A DNA stretch of 64,000 nucleotides from Anaeromyxobacteraceae bacterium. Its GTDB lineage: Bacteria; Myxococcota; Myxococcia; Myxococcales; Anaeromyxobacteraceae. The stretch spans positions 3,584,001 to 3,648,000 of the forward strand of contig JASGHJ010000002.1 of assembly GCA_047602405.1 (NCBI GenBank), in the 5' to 3' direction. The translations under genes were made by a program, and so were the position numbers. Under the pieces are notes generated by a model that saw nothing but the letters and a program-made list of their open reading frames with translations, did no database searches and had not been told where the DNA came from. Below are positions 1 to 9,307 of this stretch, in pieces. Position 1 is the first letter of the stretch. Every line of letters starts with the position of its first letter.

Positions 1-381
1 GCACTTCTCGGAGGTGCCGCCGTCGACGAGCGGGCCCTCGAGGTTCACGAAGGCGACGTCGGCGGCGTGGAAGAGGGGCGCGACCTCGGCGAGGAGCGCG
101 GCGCCGTCGTCGGGCGGGAGCCCCCCGCCGGTCTCGTCCGGGAAGGTGGTGCCCATCATCACGTCGCCGCCGGCGGCGATGACGAGCGGGAGGTCGGGCG
201 CGGGCGGGAGCGGCGCGGCGGGCTCCGGCGAGGAGGCCTGCGCCGGCGCCGCGGCGGCGGCGGGGATTGGGGCGGCGGCGGGTGCCGCGACCGCGGACGG
301 AGCGGGGCCGGGCGCGGGCCGGCCGGCGTGCGCGCACGCGACGAGCGCGAGCGCGACGGGCGCGAGGAGACGAGCCTTCAT
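1..381 (-). CDS. CapA/PgsA-family metallophosphoesterase lipoprotein (5' part; runs off the window)
   Basis: Manual translation from ATG at 381: MKARLLAPVALALVAC... then AAGGDVMMG and ADVAFVNLEGPL, the CapA-family metal-binding motifs; not in the ORF track. Confidence 0.75.
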   Translation of the reverse strand, partial: MKARLLAPVALALVACAHAGRPAPGPAPSAVAAPAAAPIPAAAAAPAQASSPEPAAPLPPAPDLPLVIAAGGDVMMGTTFPDETGGGLPPDDGAALLAEVAPLFHAADVAFVNLEGPLVDGGTSEKC

Positions 382-398
382 GTCGGGGAGGATAACCG

Positions 399-1323
399 CT
401 ACTCGAGGATGAACTTCCGCGGGTTCTCGGGGATCCCGTTCACGCGCACCTCGTAGTGCAGGTGCGGGCCGGTCGAGCGCCCGGTGTTGCCGACCGCGGC
501 GACCTTCCCGCCGCGGGCCACGTGATCGCCCTGCTTCACGAAGATCTCGGACAGGTGCCCGTACCGGGTCTTCACGCCGTAGCCGTGGTCGATGACGAGG
601 ACCTTGCCGTAGCCGCCCTCGGTGCCGGCGAACACGACCGTGCCGTCGGAGGGCGAGAAGACCGGCTGCCCGTGCGGGGTGGCGATGTCGAGCCCCTCGT
701 GCATCTTCCGCTCGGCCGTGTACGGGTCCATGCGGGTGCCGAAGTCGGACGTGACCCAGCCGCGGGACGGCCAGATCGACGGCGTCGAGGCGAGCAGCGA
801 GCGCTGGTCGTCGAAGTACTCCTGCAGCTCGCGCAGGCTCTGCTCCTGCCGGGACGCCTCCGACTCGAGCGAGGAGACCTTGCCGGGGAGCGCCGCGAGG
901 CTGTTCTCGGCCGCGGGGGCCGGGCCGGGGATCGCCGCGGCCGGGTCGCCCGCGCCGTTCCCGACGGGGCCGATCGCGAGGTTGCGCTCGGGATCCTGGA
1001 GCTGGGTGACCGCGGTGCGGAGCTTCGCGTCGAACCGCTCGACCCGGTCGAGGGTCGCGGAGATGTGGGCGACCTTCTCCTGGACGAGGAGGATTCTGCG
1101 AGCGGAGCTGCGCGTTCTCCTCCTTGAGGACCGAGTTCTCGGACGAGGCGGAGAGCAGCGTGAAGTAGTGCCCCACGACGAGCAGGGCGACGAAGGCCAC
1201 CCCGGCCGCGATGTAGGCGATCTGCCGGAGCGACCGGCGAGGCACGCGGAACTTGCGGACCGCCTGCGAGTGATCGCTGACGACGATCACCGTGAAGACC
1301 TGGCTCTTGGGCGGTGCGGCCAT
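399..1323 (-). CDS. M23-family peptidase with N-terminal TM and coiled coil (frameshift near 1094)
   Basis: HEGLD and HLHYEV zinc motifs; N-terminal part MAAPPKSQVFTVIVV... joins the catalytic frame if one base at GATTC 1092-1096 is removed. Confidence 0.9.
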
Positions 1324-1557
1324 TCCGGGGGTCTGTCTCCAGGCCCCAGCGCACGGGGCCGCCTGAAAGCTAGCGCGCGGTGCCGGGGTCGTGAACGCTC
1401 GTCCCGGGATTCGGGGACGAGAACCGTTCAACCGGTAGCAGGGCTGCCAGGCGCCTGTCAACAATGGTCTTTCCACACAGGCACTTACGCGATACCGCGT
1501 CGCCTACAGGACCTTCGGTCCGCGCGGGCCCGCGAGCGCGAGTCCGGCCGCCCGGCC

Positions 1558-2382
1558 TCAGCCCGGGGGCGCCATCCCGGGGGAGGTCCCGCCCACCTTC
1601 GGCGGAGTCTCCCGCACCTTCACGATCACGACGGAGATGTTGTCGTCCCCGCCGCGCTCGTTCGCGAGGTCCACGAGGTGGCCCGGCGCGTCCTCGAGGC
1701 CGTCCTTCTCGACGATGTCGAGGATCTCGGGGTCCTCGACCAGGTTCGAGAGGCCGTCGCAGCAGATCACGAGGGCGTCGCCGTCGGCGAGGTCGAGGCC
1801 GAGGAGGTCGACCTGCACCTCCTCCTCGAAGCCGACCGAGCGGGTGATGATGTTCCGGAACCGGCTCTTCTTGGCCTCGTCGGCGCTGATGGCGCCCGCC
1901 TTCAGCTGCTCGTTGACGAGGGAGTGGTCCTCGGAGACCTGATAGATGCGCTTCTCGCGGATGAGGTAGCAGCGGCTGTCGCCCACGTGGGCGACGAAGG
2001 CGCAGCGGCCGTCGACGGCGGCCGCGGTGACGGTCGTGCCCATCCCCGCGAGCTCGGGGTCGCCCTTCGCCGCGGCGAAGATGACCCGGCAGGCCTCCTC
2101 GACCGCGCCGCGGAGGACCTCCGGCAGCGGGCTGTCCTCGATGGTGTGCTTGCCGTCGAAGAGCTCGGGCTTCTTCGCGCGGGCCTCGGCGAGCGCCTTC
2201 TGGATCGTCTCGACCGCCAGGCGGGAGGCCGTGCCGCCGCCCGCGTGGCCGCCCATGCCGTCGGCCACGACGTACAGGCGCAAGGCGTCGTCGACGAGGA
2301 GGGAGTCCTCGTTGTGGTCGCGCCGCTGGCCGACGTCCGTCTGGCCGCGTGCGCGGATCTCGAGCTCGGGCGAGTCCGCCAC
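1558..2382 (-). CDS. PP2C/Stp1-family Ser/Thr protein phosphatase
   Basis: NEDS, VADGMGGH, HVGDSRCY, CCDGL and GGDDNIS motifs. Confidence 0.95.
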   Translation of the reverse strand: MADSPELEIRARGQTDVGQRRDHNEDSLLVDDALRLYVVADGMGGHAGGGTASRLAVETIQKALAEARAKKPELFDGKHTIEDSPLPEVLRGAVEEACRVIFAAAKGDPELAGMGTTVTAAAVDGRCAFVAHVGDSRCYLIREKRIYQVSEDHSLVNEQLKAGAISADEAKKSRFRNIITRSVGFEEEVQVDLLGLDLADGDALVICCDGLSNLVEDPEILDIVEKDGLEDAPGHLVDLANERGGDDNISVVIVKVRETPPKVGGTSPGMAPPG

Positions 2383-2415
2383 GCGCGGGAGACTAGCATC
2401 GGAGGCTCCTGCCGC

Positions 2416-4398
2416 CTACCCCGCGTCCGCTCCCACATCCACCTCACGTGACCCGCGCTCCGTTTTTGACGGCAGGGGGGGCACGGAACGGGCCGCCGAC
2501 CGCGGTCCCACCCTCCGTCCGCGCGCCGGGCCGGATCGGGAGGTGCCGCCGGTCGACGCCGGCGGCTTGCGGGCCTCGGCGATGAGCGCCCCGGCGTGCT
2601 CGAGCGCCGAACCGGTGATGGTGGAGCCGGCGAGGAGCCGGGCCACCTCCCCCCGGCGCTCCTCCTCACCCTCGAGGAGCGAGACGACCGTGTGCGTCCG
2701 GCCGCCGGACACCTTCTTCTCCACCCGGTGGTGGCGGTCCGCGAAGGCGGCCACCTGCGGGAGGTGCGTGATGCAGACCACCTGCCCGTCGCGGGCGACC
2801 TCGGCGAGGACCCGGCCCATGGCCTCGGCCACGGCGCCGCCGATGCCGGTGTCCACCTCGTCGAAGACGTGGGTGGCCGCCGGGCCCCGGCGGGCGAGGG
2901 TCCGCTTCACGGCGAGGAGGAGCCGGGAGAGCTCGCCGCCGGACGCGATGCGCGCGAGCGGCCGCGGGGGCTCGCCCGGGTTCGGGGCGATGAGGAGCTC
3001 GGCGCGCTCCGCGCCGCGCGGGCCCAGCCGGCGCGCCTGGCTCGAGCCCGCGGCGGTCGTGCCGGGCAGCTCGAGGCCGTCCTCCGGCGGCAGGAGCGCC
3101 ACCTCGAGCCGACAGCGCTCCATCGCGAGCCCGGCGAGCTCCCGGCGGACGCCGTCCGCGAAGGCCTTCGCCGCCTTCTGCCGGCGGCCCGTGAGCTCGG
3201 CGGCGATCGCGAGGGCGGACTTCCACGCGGCCTCGATCTCACCCGCGAGCGCGCGCAGCCGCTCGCCACCGCCGGACACGCGGGCGAGCTCCTCGCGCAT
3301 CTGGGCGCGGCGCGCGATGGCGGCCTCCAGCGTGCCGCCGTGCTTGCGGACGAGCGCGCGCAGGACGTCGAGCCGCTCTTCCACCTCGCGCAGCCGCTCG
3401 GGGTCGCCGCCGAGCGCGTGCGCGTACCGGCCGAGCTCGCGGCCGGCCTCCTCGAGCTCCACCGCGGCCGAGCGGAGCAGCGCGAGCGGCGCCTCGAGCC
3501 GGCGGTCGAGCAGCGCGGCCTCGGCGAGCGCGCGCGCGGCCTGCCCGACCCGCACCGACGCCGAGCCGTCCTCGCCGTACACGAGCGCCTCCGCGGCGCG
3601 GGCGGCCTCGCGCAGCTTCTCGGCCGAGGCGAGCACGCGCCGCTGGTCCTCCTGCGCCTCGAGCTCGCCCGGCTTCGGATCGGCGGCGTCGAGTTCCTTC
3701 AGCTGGAAGGCGAGGTAGTCGGACCGCCGCGCCCGCTCACCCTCGTCCGCGGCGAGCGAGTCCCGCTCGCGGACGAGGGCGGCGAGCGCCGCGTGGGCGG
3801 CGCGCATCCGGAGGAGGAGCTCCGGGGGCGCGTCGCCCGGTCCAGCCTCCGCACCCTGGCTGACGGTGGCGGGCAGGGCGGGAGCGGAGGACGGACCGTC
3901 CGTGTGAAGGTCAAGCGTGTGAAGGTGAAGCCCTGCGAAGGCGTCGAGGAGCTCGAGGTGCGTCACGGGATCGAGGAGCGACACGTGCTCGTGCTGCCCG
4001 GAGATGTCGACGAGCCCGCGCAGCGCGGTCTCGAGCATGCCGACGGTGCAGAGCGCACCGTTCACGAAGGCGCGCCCGCGGCCGCCGCGGGCGGCGACGC
4101 GGCGGACGAGAAGCTCGACCGTCTCCTGGCGACCCGGCAGCTCGGGCAGCACCGCCCCGAGCTTCTCCAGCACCGGGTGGCCCGCGGGCAGCTCGAAGAG
4201 CGCCTCGACCACGGCCTCCTCCGCGCCCTCGCGCAGCACCTCCGCGCTCATGCGCCCACCCAGCACGAGGTGCAGCGCGTTCACCAGGATCGACTTCCCC
4301 GCCCCCGTCTCGCCGGTGAGGACGTTCAGCCCGGGCCCGAACCGGACCTCCACCGCGTCGACGATGGCGAACCCCGAGATTCGCAGTGTCGTCAGCAT
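2416..4398 (-). CDS. recN: DNA repair protein RecN
   Basis: TGETGAGKS Walker A, ASGGELSRLLLA signature, FDEVDTGIGG Walker B, ITHLPQVAA. Confidence 0.96.
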   Translation of the reverse strand: MLTTLRISGFAIVDAVEVRFGPGLNVLTGETGAGKSILVNALHLVLGGRMSAEVLREGAEEAVVEALFELPAGHPVLEKLGAVLPELPGRQETVELLVRRVAARGGRGRAFVNGALCTVGMLETALRGLVDISGQHEHVSLLDPVTHLELLDAFAGLHLHTLDLHTDGPSSAPALPATVSQGAEAGPGDAPPELLLRMRAAHAALAALVRERDSLAADEGERARRSDYLAFQLKELDAADPKPGELEAQEDQRRVLASAEKLREAARAAEALVYGEDGSASVRVGQAARALAEAALLDRRLEAPLALLRSAAVELEEAGRELGRYAHALGGDPERLREVEERLDVLRALVRKHGGTLEAAIARRAQMREELARVSGGGERLRALAGEIEAAWKSALAIAAELTGRRQKAAKAFADGVRRELAGLAMERCRLEVALLPPEDGLELPGTTAAGSSQARRLGPRGAERAELLIAPNPGEPPRPLARIASGGELSRLLLAVKRTLARRGPAATHVFDEVDTGIGGAVAEAMGRVLAEVARDGQVVCITHLPQVAAFADRHHRVEKKVSGGRTHTVVSLLEGEEERRGEVARLLAGSTITGSALEHAGALIAEARKPPASTGGTSRSGPARGRRVGPRSAARSVPPLPSKTERGSREVDVGADAG

Positions 4399-4424
4399 GA
4401 GGCCGATCTAGCCCCGACCTCTGA

Positions 4425-4444
4425 CACTGGGCAAATTTTCAGTG
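4425..4444 (-). promoter_or_regulatory. LexA (SOS) box upstream of recN
   Basis: Palindrome CACTG-N10-CAGTG; minus strand reads CTGAAAATTTGCCCAG, matching 14 of 16 positions of the Myxococcus LexA consensus CTRHAMRYBYGTTCAG; 27 bp upstream of recN. Confidence 0.7.
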
Positions 4445-4488
4445 GTGCATCCGTTCGGGGTGGCCTCCCTCGACGGGCGAGGCTGTAC

Positions 4489-5571
4489 CTACAGCCCCTC
4501 CCGCTCCCCGAAGCGCCAGAGCACGATCCGCCCGTCGGCGCTCGCGGTCGCGAGCCGGCGCCCGTCGGGAGAGAAGGCCACCCCGCGCACGTCGTCCCGG
4601 TTCGCGGAGAGGATCGCGCCGAGCTTCCCGTCGGAGGCCCGCCAGACCCGCACGTTCTTGCCCCGGCCCGGGGACCGCCGCGCGCCGAGGAGCGCGCGCG
4701 CGGCGCTGCCGAGCGCCGTGCGGTCCCGTCCGCCCGCGGCGAGCCAGCGGCCGTCGGGCGACGCCGCGAGCGCGTACACCGGCTCGGCCCCGCCGTGCGC
4801 CGCGCCCATGGGCGTGCCGTCCGCCACGGCGAAGCGCCGCACCGTCGCGTCGTCGCCGCCCGTCGCGAGCGAGCCGCCGTCCGGGAAGAACGCGAGCGCC
4901 GCCACGGCCTGGCCGGCTGCGGGGATGGTGCGCACGAGCGTCGCGTCCCTCAGGCGCCAGAGCTTCACGTCGCCGTCGAGGCTCCCGCTCGCCAGCAGCA
5001 GCCCGTCCGGCGAGAACGCGAGCGCGTCGACCCGCCGCCCGTGGCTGCGGAGCGTGGCCGCCGCGGCGCCGTCGGCGGTGCGCCAGATCCGGATGACGCC
5101 GTCCTCGCCCCCGGTCGCGAGCCACCGCCCGTCCGGCGAGGCCGCCACCGCGTCGACGCCGCCCTCGTGGCCGCGCAGCACCGCCGTGAGGGTCCGGTCC
5201 TCGAGCCGCCAGCGGCGCGCGCCGCCGTCGCGATCGCCGGTCACGAGCGTGCGCCCGTCCGGCGAGAACGCGAGCGCGAGCACCGGCCCCGGGTGCTCGA
5301 GCGCGCCGACGTCGAGGCCGGTGTCGGCGTCCCAGAGCCGCGCCACGCCGTCGGCGCCGGCGCTCGCGAGCGTGCGGCCGTCGGGCGAGAAGGCGATCGC
5401 GTTGACGCCGCCGGCGCCCGCCTCGACCGCGCGCTCGGCGAGCACCTCGAGCCGCGCGTCGTAGGCGATCTGGGGGTCCTCGCCGTGCATCGCGAGGAAG
5501 GTCAGGAACGCGAGGACCGAGAGCGCGGCCGCGGCGAGCACGCCGAGGAAGGTCCACTGGGCCCGGTTCAT
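4489..5571 (-). CDS. WD40-repeat protein with N-terminal membrane anchor
   Basis: About seven repeats of V.ALAFSPDG..LA(S/T)G..DG..RLW; start MNRAQWTFLGVL. Confidence 0.9.
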   Translation of the reverse strand: MNRAQWTFLGVLAAAALSVLAFLTFLAMHGEDPQIAYDARLEVLAERAVEAGAGGVNAIAFSPDGRTLASAGADGVARLWDADTGLDVGALEHPGPVLALAFSPDGRTLVTGDRDGGARRWRLEDRTLTAVLRGHEGGVDAVAASPDGRWLATGGEDGVIRIWRTADGAAAATLRSHGRRVDALAFSPDGLLLASGSLDGDVKLWRLRDATLVRTIPAAGQAVAALAFFPDGGSLATGGDDATVRRFAVADGTPMGAAHGGAEPVYALAASPDGRWLAAGGRDRTALGSAARALLGARRSPGRGKNVRVWRASDGKLGAILSANRDDVRGVAFSPDGRRLATASADGRIVLWRFGEREGL

Positions 5572-5647
5572 GAGCACGCCGGCATGGTGCACCGGGGGGC
5601 GGCGTGAAAGCCAGCGCGCCACCTCGCAGCCTTGGCCGCCTCGACGC

Positions 5648-6865
5648 TCAGCGCCGCAGGTGCGTGCGCAGCACCTCGGGCGGGACCGGGACCTCGAGCG
5701 CGTCGGGCCCGTCCGGCGGGCCGTCGGGGCCGGGCGCGGGGCGCAGCGCCGCCGCGACGCGGTCGAGCGCGGCGTCGGCCGCGGCGCTGCCGGTGGTGCC
5801 GGCGCGCGACACGGCGGGCGGCGCACCGGGCGCGAAGCCGATCCTCAGGTGCACCGCCTGGCGCGGGAGATCGGCCTCGGCGAGCCGCACCCCGACCCGG
5901 AACCGGAGCGTGACCTCGCGGGCCAGCGCCTGCGCGCGCTCCTCCCGCGGCGAGCCGGGCTCGCGGTCGACGAGCGCGGCCTCCCCGGCGAGCCCCTCGT
6001 CGAGCGCGACGCACTCGAAGGCCTCCCCGGCGAGCTCCTCGCGCCGGGCCCGGTGCCAGCGCTCCCGCCACGCCGCGCGCCCCGCGGCGTCGGCGGCGAG
6101 GCGCCGCTCCAGCCCGAGCCGCGCGAGCACGAGGGTGGCCTCGCTGAAGCCGCTCGTCACCGGCGTGGTCTGCGCCGACATGATGGAGGCGACCGCGCAC
6201 TCGTGGACGGCGCCGAGCGTGTGCCCGAGCTCGTGGAGGAAGGCGACGTCCTCGAGGTGCTCCCGGGCCGCGGCCCGCACCGCCTCGCGCTCGGCGGTGG
6301 TCAGCTGGTCGAGCGCGACGTTCACCGCCTGCACGTCCTCGGCGTCCTCCGGGGCGGTCACGAGCATGTGGCGGGAGAAGAGCGGCGCGAGGCCGGTCGG
6401 GTCGAGGAAGCCGCCGCTCCGCTGCCGGCCGACGTACCCGATCACCCAGTCCGCGCCGTCCCCGGGATCGTCGAGCACGAGCTCGTCGACCGCGGCCCGG
6501 AGCCCGGCCTTGAGCGCGACCCGCTCCCACGGCTCGATCGAGGCGAGCTCGAGCCGCACGCCGAGGTCGGGGCCGAGGAGCGCGTTCACCCGCTCGAGCT
6601 GCGCCGGGATCCGCTCGCGCCAGGCCTTCACCTGGGCGCGGTAGTCGGCGTCCACGTGCACGCGGACCCGGTACGCCCGCGCGGGCGCGCCGGGGGCGCT
6701 CCGGGCGCGCAGCCCGGCCGGGCGCGTCGCCTCCACGGCCTCGCGCTGGCGCGAGGTGCGGCTCCAGGAGCAGCCCGCGGCGAGCGCGAGGACCGTGCTC
6801 CCCGCGAGCGCGGAGGCGGTGCTCCCGGCGAGGAGGAGCGCGGCGGCGAGGCGCCTCGGGGCCAT
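5648..6865 (-). CDS. Metzincin-like zinc metalloprotease lipoprotein with possible TonB-C-like C-terminal domain
   Basis: LAAGC lipobox, HELGHTLGAVH (HExxHxxGxxH) followed by SIM Met-turn. Confidence 0.7.
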   Translation of the reverse strand: MAPRRLAAALLLAGSTASALAGSTVLALAAGCSWSRTSRQREAVEATRPAGLRARSAPGAPARAYRVRVHVDADYRAQVKAWRERIPAQLERVNALLGPDLGVRLELASIEPWERVALKAGLRAAVDELVLDDPGDGADWVIGYVGRQRSGGFLDPTGLAPLFSRHMLVTAPEDAEDVQAVNVALDQLTTAEREAVRAAAREHLEDVAFLHELGHTLGAVHECAVASIMSAQTTPVTSGFSEATLVLARLGLERRLAADAAGRAAWRERWHRARREELAGEAFECVALDEGLAGEAALVDREPGSPREERAQALAREVTLRFRVGVRLAEADLPRQAVHLRIGFAPGAPPAVSRAGTTGSAAADAALDRVAAALRPAPGPDGPPDGPDALEVPVPPEVLRTHLRR

Positions 6866-6939
6866 GAGCGTCCATGGACGCCCGGAGCGCACCCGGCGTC
6901 AAGCCCCTCCCGGCCGGGCCGGCCGTGCGCCCGGCCGGA

Positions 6940-8499
6940 TCACACCCCGTACTTCTCGCGGAGCCGCCGCGAGGCCGCGACGGCCTGGGCGAGCTTCGCG
7001 GTGGCGAGCCGCGCGGAGGCGATGGGGTTGTCGGCGAAGGTGGCGAACCCGCAGTCGGGGTTGAGGAGCACGCGCTCCGGGCCGAGCACCCGGATGGCGC
7101 GCTCGGCACGCTCCACGATCACCTCGGCGGGCTCGACCTCCTCCTTCTTCTGGTTCACGACGCCCACGCCGACCCGCACCTCGCGCGGCAGCCCGGCGAG
7201 GACCTCGACGTCGCCCGCGCGCGGCGTCGCGAGCTCGAGGAAGAGCGTGCCCACCGGCGCGCGCGACAGGAGTCCGAGGAGCGGCCGGTAGTCGCCCGAG
7301 AGCGCGACCGACTCGTCGGGCGTCCAGTTGCCGCGGCACATGTGGAGCGCGAGCCGCTCCCGCGGGAAGCCGGCCGCGACCTCCGCCAGGAGCCCCTCCG
7401 CGAACGCGAGCTCGACGTCCGCGTCGCCCTTCGCGTCGAGCACGCCGCACATGAAGGTGCGGTTGCCGGTGACGCTGCCGCCGAAGACCACCTCGGAGAG
7501 GATGGGCTCGTCGAGCTGCACGAGGGCCGCGCCGCCGGCGAGGAGGTCCTGGATCTCCTCGCGGAGCACGCGGACGAGGTCCTTCGCGAGCGCCGCGCGG
7601 TCCGCGTAGAAGCGGTCGGAGATGCACTCCATCCACATGGTGCGCGCGAGGAGGTAGGGGCCGGGGAGCGCGACCTTCACCGGGCGGTCGGTCTCGGTCC
7701 GGACGAAGGCGAGCTCGTGGGCGGCGAGCGGGCGGGCGCGGCGGAGCGGGCCCATCACCGCCGGGTGGCGGACCTTCGCGGCGGGGACGTCGAGGCTCCT
7801 GAGCTCCCGCTCGAACTCGACCGGATCGTCGACGTAGGCGAGGAGGTCGGTGAGCGGGACGAGCTGGCAGTTCTCGAGCCGGGCGCCGACGAAGGAGGCG
7901 TAGTTGTCGCGGCGCTGCTCGCCGTCGGTGACGACGTCGACGCCGGCGTCGAGCTGGCCCTTCAGCGCGAGCCGGACGGCGTCGTCGGCGGACTCCTCGA
8001 AGGCGGGTTCGGGGAGCCTGTTCTCGAGGCGGGCGTGGAGGGCGTCGAGGAGCCAGCGCGGGCGGGGCCAGGAGCCGACGCCGAGGACGGACAGGGGACG
8101 GACGGGGGGGACGGAGCCGGAGAAGGGGACGGAGACGGAGGCGGAGACGGAGGCGGAGGCCGATCCGGATCCGACTCCGACTCCGACTCCGGATCCGACT
8201 CCGACTCCGATTCCGCCTCGGAGCCCTCCCTTCGCCACCAGGAACCTGTACCTCCCCTCCCCCCTGCTCTCCGAGACGAGCTCGTTCCCGGTCATCCGGC
8301 ACCACGCCGGGAGGTCCTCGCAGACCGACGACTCCGACGAGCGGATCTCGAGGAGCTGGCCCGGGTCGAGCGGGTCGATGTGCTGCCGGATGAGCAGGAG
8401 CAGTCCGCTCCCGCAGTCGAGCGTCCCGCCGTCGAAGCTGGCGGCGGGGCGAGCGGGGGCCTCGCCCCCGGCCAGCGGGTGCTTCGTCCCGGAGGTCAT
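6940..8499 (-). CDS. TusA/SirA sulfur-carrier domain fused to a cobalamin-independent methionine-synthase (MetE catalytic half, type II-like) domain
   Basis: N-term DGGTLDCGSGLL...EDLPAWCRMTGNELV (TusA fold); C-term VGSWPRP, DVVTDGEQRR, VQLDEP, LHMCRGNW and LNPDCGF (Zn ligands). Confidence 0.85.
   Translation of the reverse strand: MTSGTKHPLAGGEAPARPAASFDGGTLDCGSGLLLLIRQHIDPLDPGQLLEIRSSESSVCEDLPAWCRMTGNELVSESRGEGRYRFLVAKGGLRGGIGVGVGSGVGVGVGSGSASASVSASVSVPFSGSVPPVRPLSVLGVGSWPRPRWLLDALHARLENRLPEPAFEESADDAVRLALKGQLDAGVDVVTDGEQRRDNYASFVGARLENCQLVPLTDLLAYVDDPVEFERELRSLDVPAAKVRHPAVMGPLRRARPLAAHELAFVRTETDRPVKVALPGPYLLARTMWMECISDRFYADRAALAKDLVRVLREEIQDLLAGGAALVQLDEPILSEVVFGGSVTGNRTFMCGVLDAKGDADVELAFAEGLLAEVAAGFPRERLALHMCRGNWTPDESVALSGDYRPLLGLLSRAPVGTLFLELATPRAGDVEVLAGLPREVRVGVGVVNQKKEEVEPAEVIVERAERAIRVLGPERVLLNPDCGFATFADNPIASARLATAKLAQAVAASRRLREKYGV
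8131..8216. repeat. Hexamer microsatellites (GGAGRC)x5 then (CCGACT)n forming the in-frame interdomain linker
   Basis: Read directly; encodes GVGVGSGVGVGVGSGSASASVSASVS on the minus strand. Confidence 0.85.
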
Positions 8500-8511
8500 G
8501 TCGCGCGCGCC

Positions 8512-8871
8512 CTAGTACGAGATGCTGGTCGCGCCGGACGCGAGGAACTCGACCACCTTCGCGCCGCCCACGATCGTCGCCCCTTCGACGAGCTTCGCCT
8601 CGTCGAGCTTGCGCTTCTTGTAGCAGGGCGAGCAGACGAGGATCTTGCCGCCCGCCTTCGCGAAGTTGGTCATGAGCTCCACGAGCGGCGCGAAGCCCTC
8701 CTCGTGGATCTGCTCGGCGTAGCCCTTCTCGGCGAGGCGGGCGGCCTCGGTGGAGAGGAACACGACCGTCTCCTGCGCCGAGGCGACGGAGGCGTTCGCG
8801 ACCACGAAGCCGACGGTGGCCTTGTCGGGGTCGTTCTTCGCGTGGGTGATGGAGACGAGGATCTTGGCCAT
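8512..8871 (-). CDS. DsrE/DsrF-family sulfur-relay protein
   Basis: MAKILVSITHAKNDPDKATVGF...VVFLSTEA...ILVCSPC; 119 aa. Confidence 0.85.
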   Translation of the reverse strand: MAKILVSITHAKNDPDKATVGFVVANASVASAQETVVFLSTEAARLAEKGYAEQIHEEGFAPLVELMTNFAKAGGKILVCSPCYKKRKLDEAKLVEGATIVGGAKVVEFLASGATSISY

Positions 8872-8891
8872 GGCGACGTCCTTCCCGATGC

Positions 8892-9122
8892 TCAGGATTT
8901 CCTGCGGATGAAGTAGTGGGGTGGCTCCGCGCGGACGAGCGCGTTGCCGGTGAGGCGGCACCAGGCGGGGATGTCGTGGGGGGCGCCCGCGTCGCGGGTG
9001 GTGAGCTGGAAGACCTGCCCCGGCGCGAGGGCGCGCAGCTTCATCATGAGCTCGAAGACGAGCTCACCGCAGCCCATGTCGCCCGCGTCCCAGCTGCCCG
9101 CGGGCGTCGATTCCTCGGCCAT
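8892..9122 (-). CDS. TusA/SirA-family sulfurtransferase
   Basis: WDAGDMGCGEL...DAGAPHDIPAWCRLTGN...YFIRRK; 76 aa. Confidence 0.88.
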   Translation of the reverse strand: MAEESTPAGSWDAGDMGCGELVFELMMKLRALAPGQVFQLTTRDAGAPHDIPAWCRLTGNALVRAEPPHYFIRRKS

Positions 9123-9307
9123 CTGCCGGCTCCACCATCCGTGCGCGGGCGTTCACCCGCGCGTCCGACGACCCATCCCCGCTGCTCGTTGGGAGGCGCA
9201 CGGCCCCCCGGCCTAGCGGCCGGCGGGCTCGAGGGGGGATCGGGACTGGATGGTCTTTTCGGGCAGCACGGCGAGCATCGGCAGACAGCCTACACGAGGT
9301 CGCCGGG

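Noticed and set aside
3830..3932. Extra segment in RecN with an 11-bp direct repeat (CGTGTGAAGGT) as an intein or mobile insert
   Set aside because: Only ~35 aa and no intein motifs; likely a variable loop
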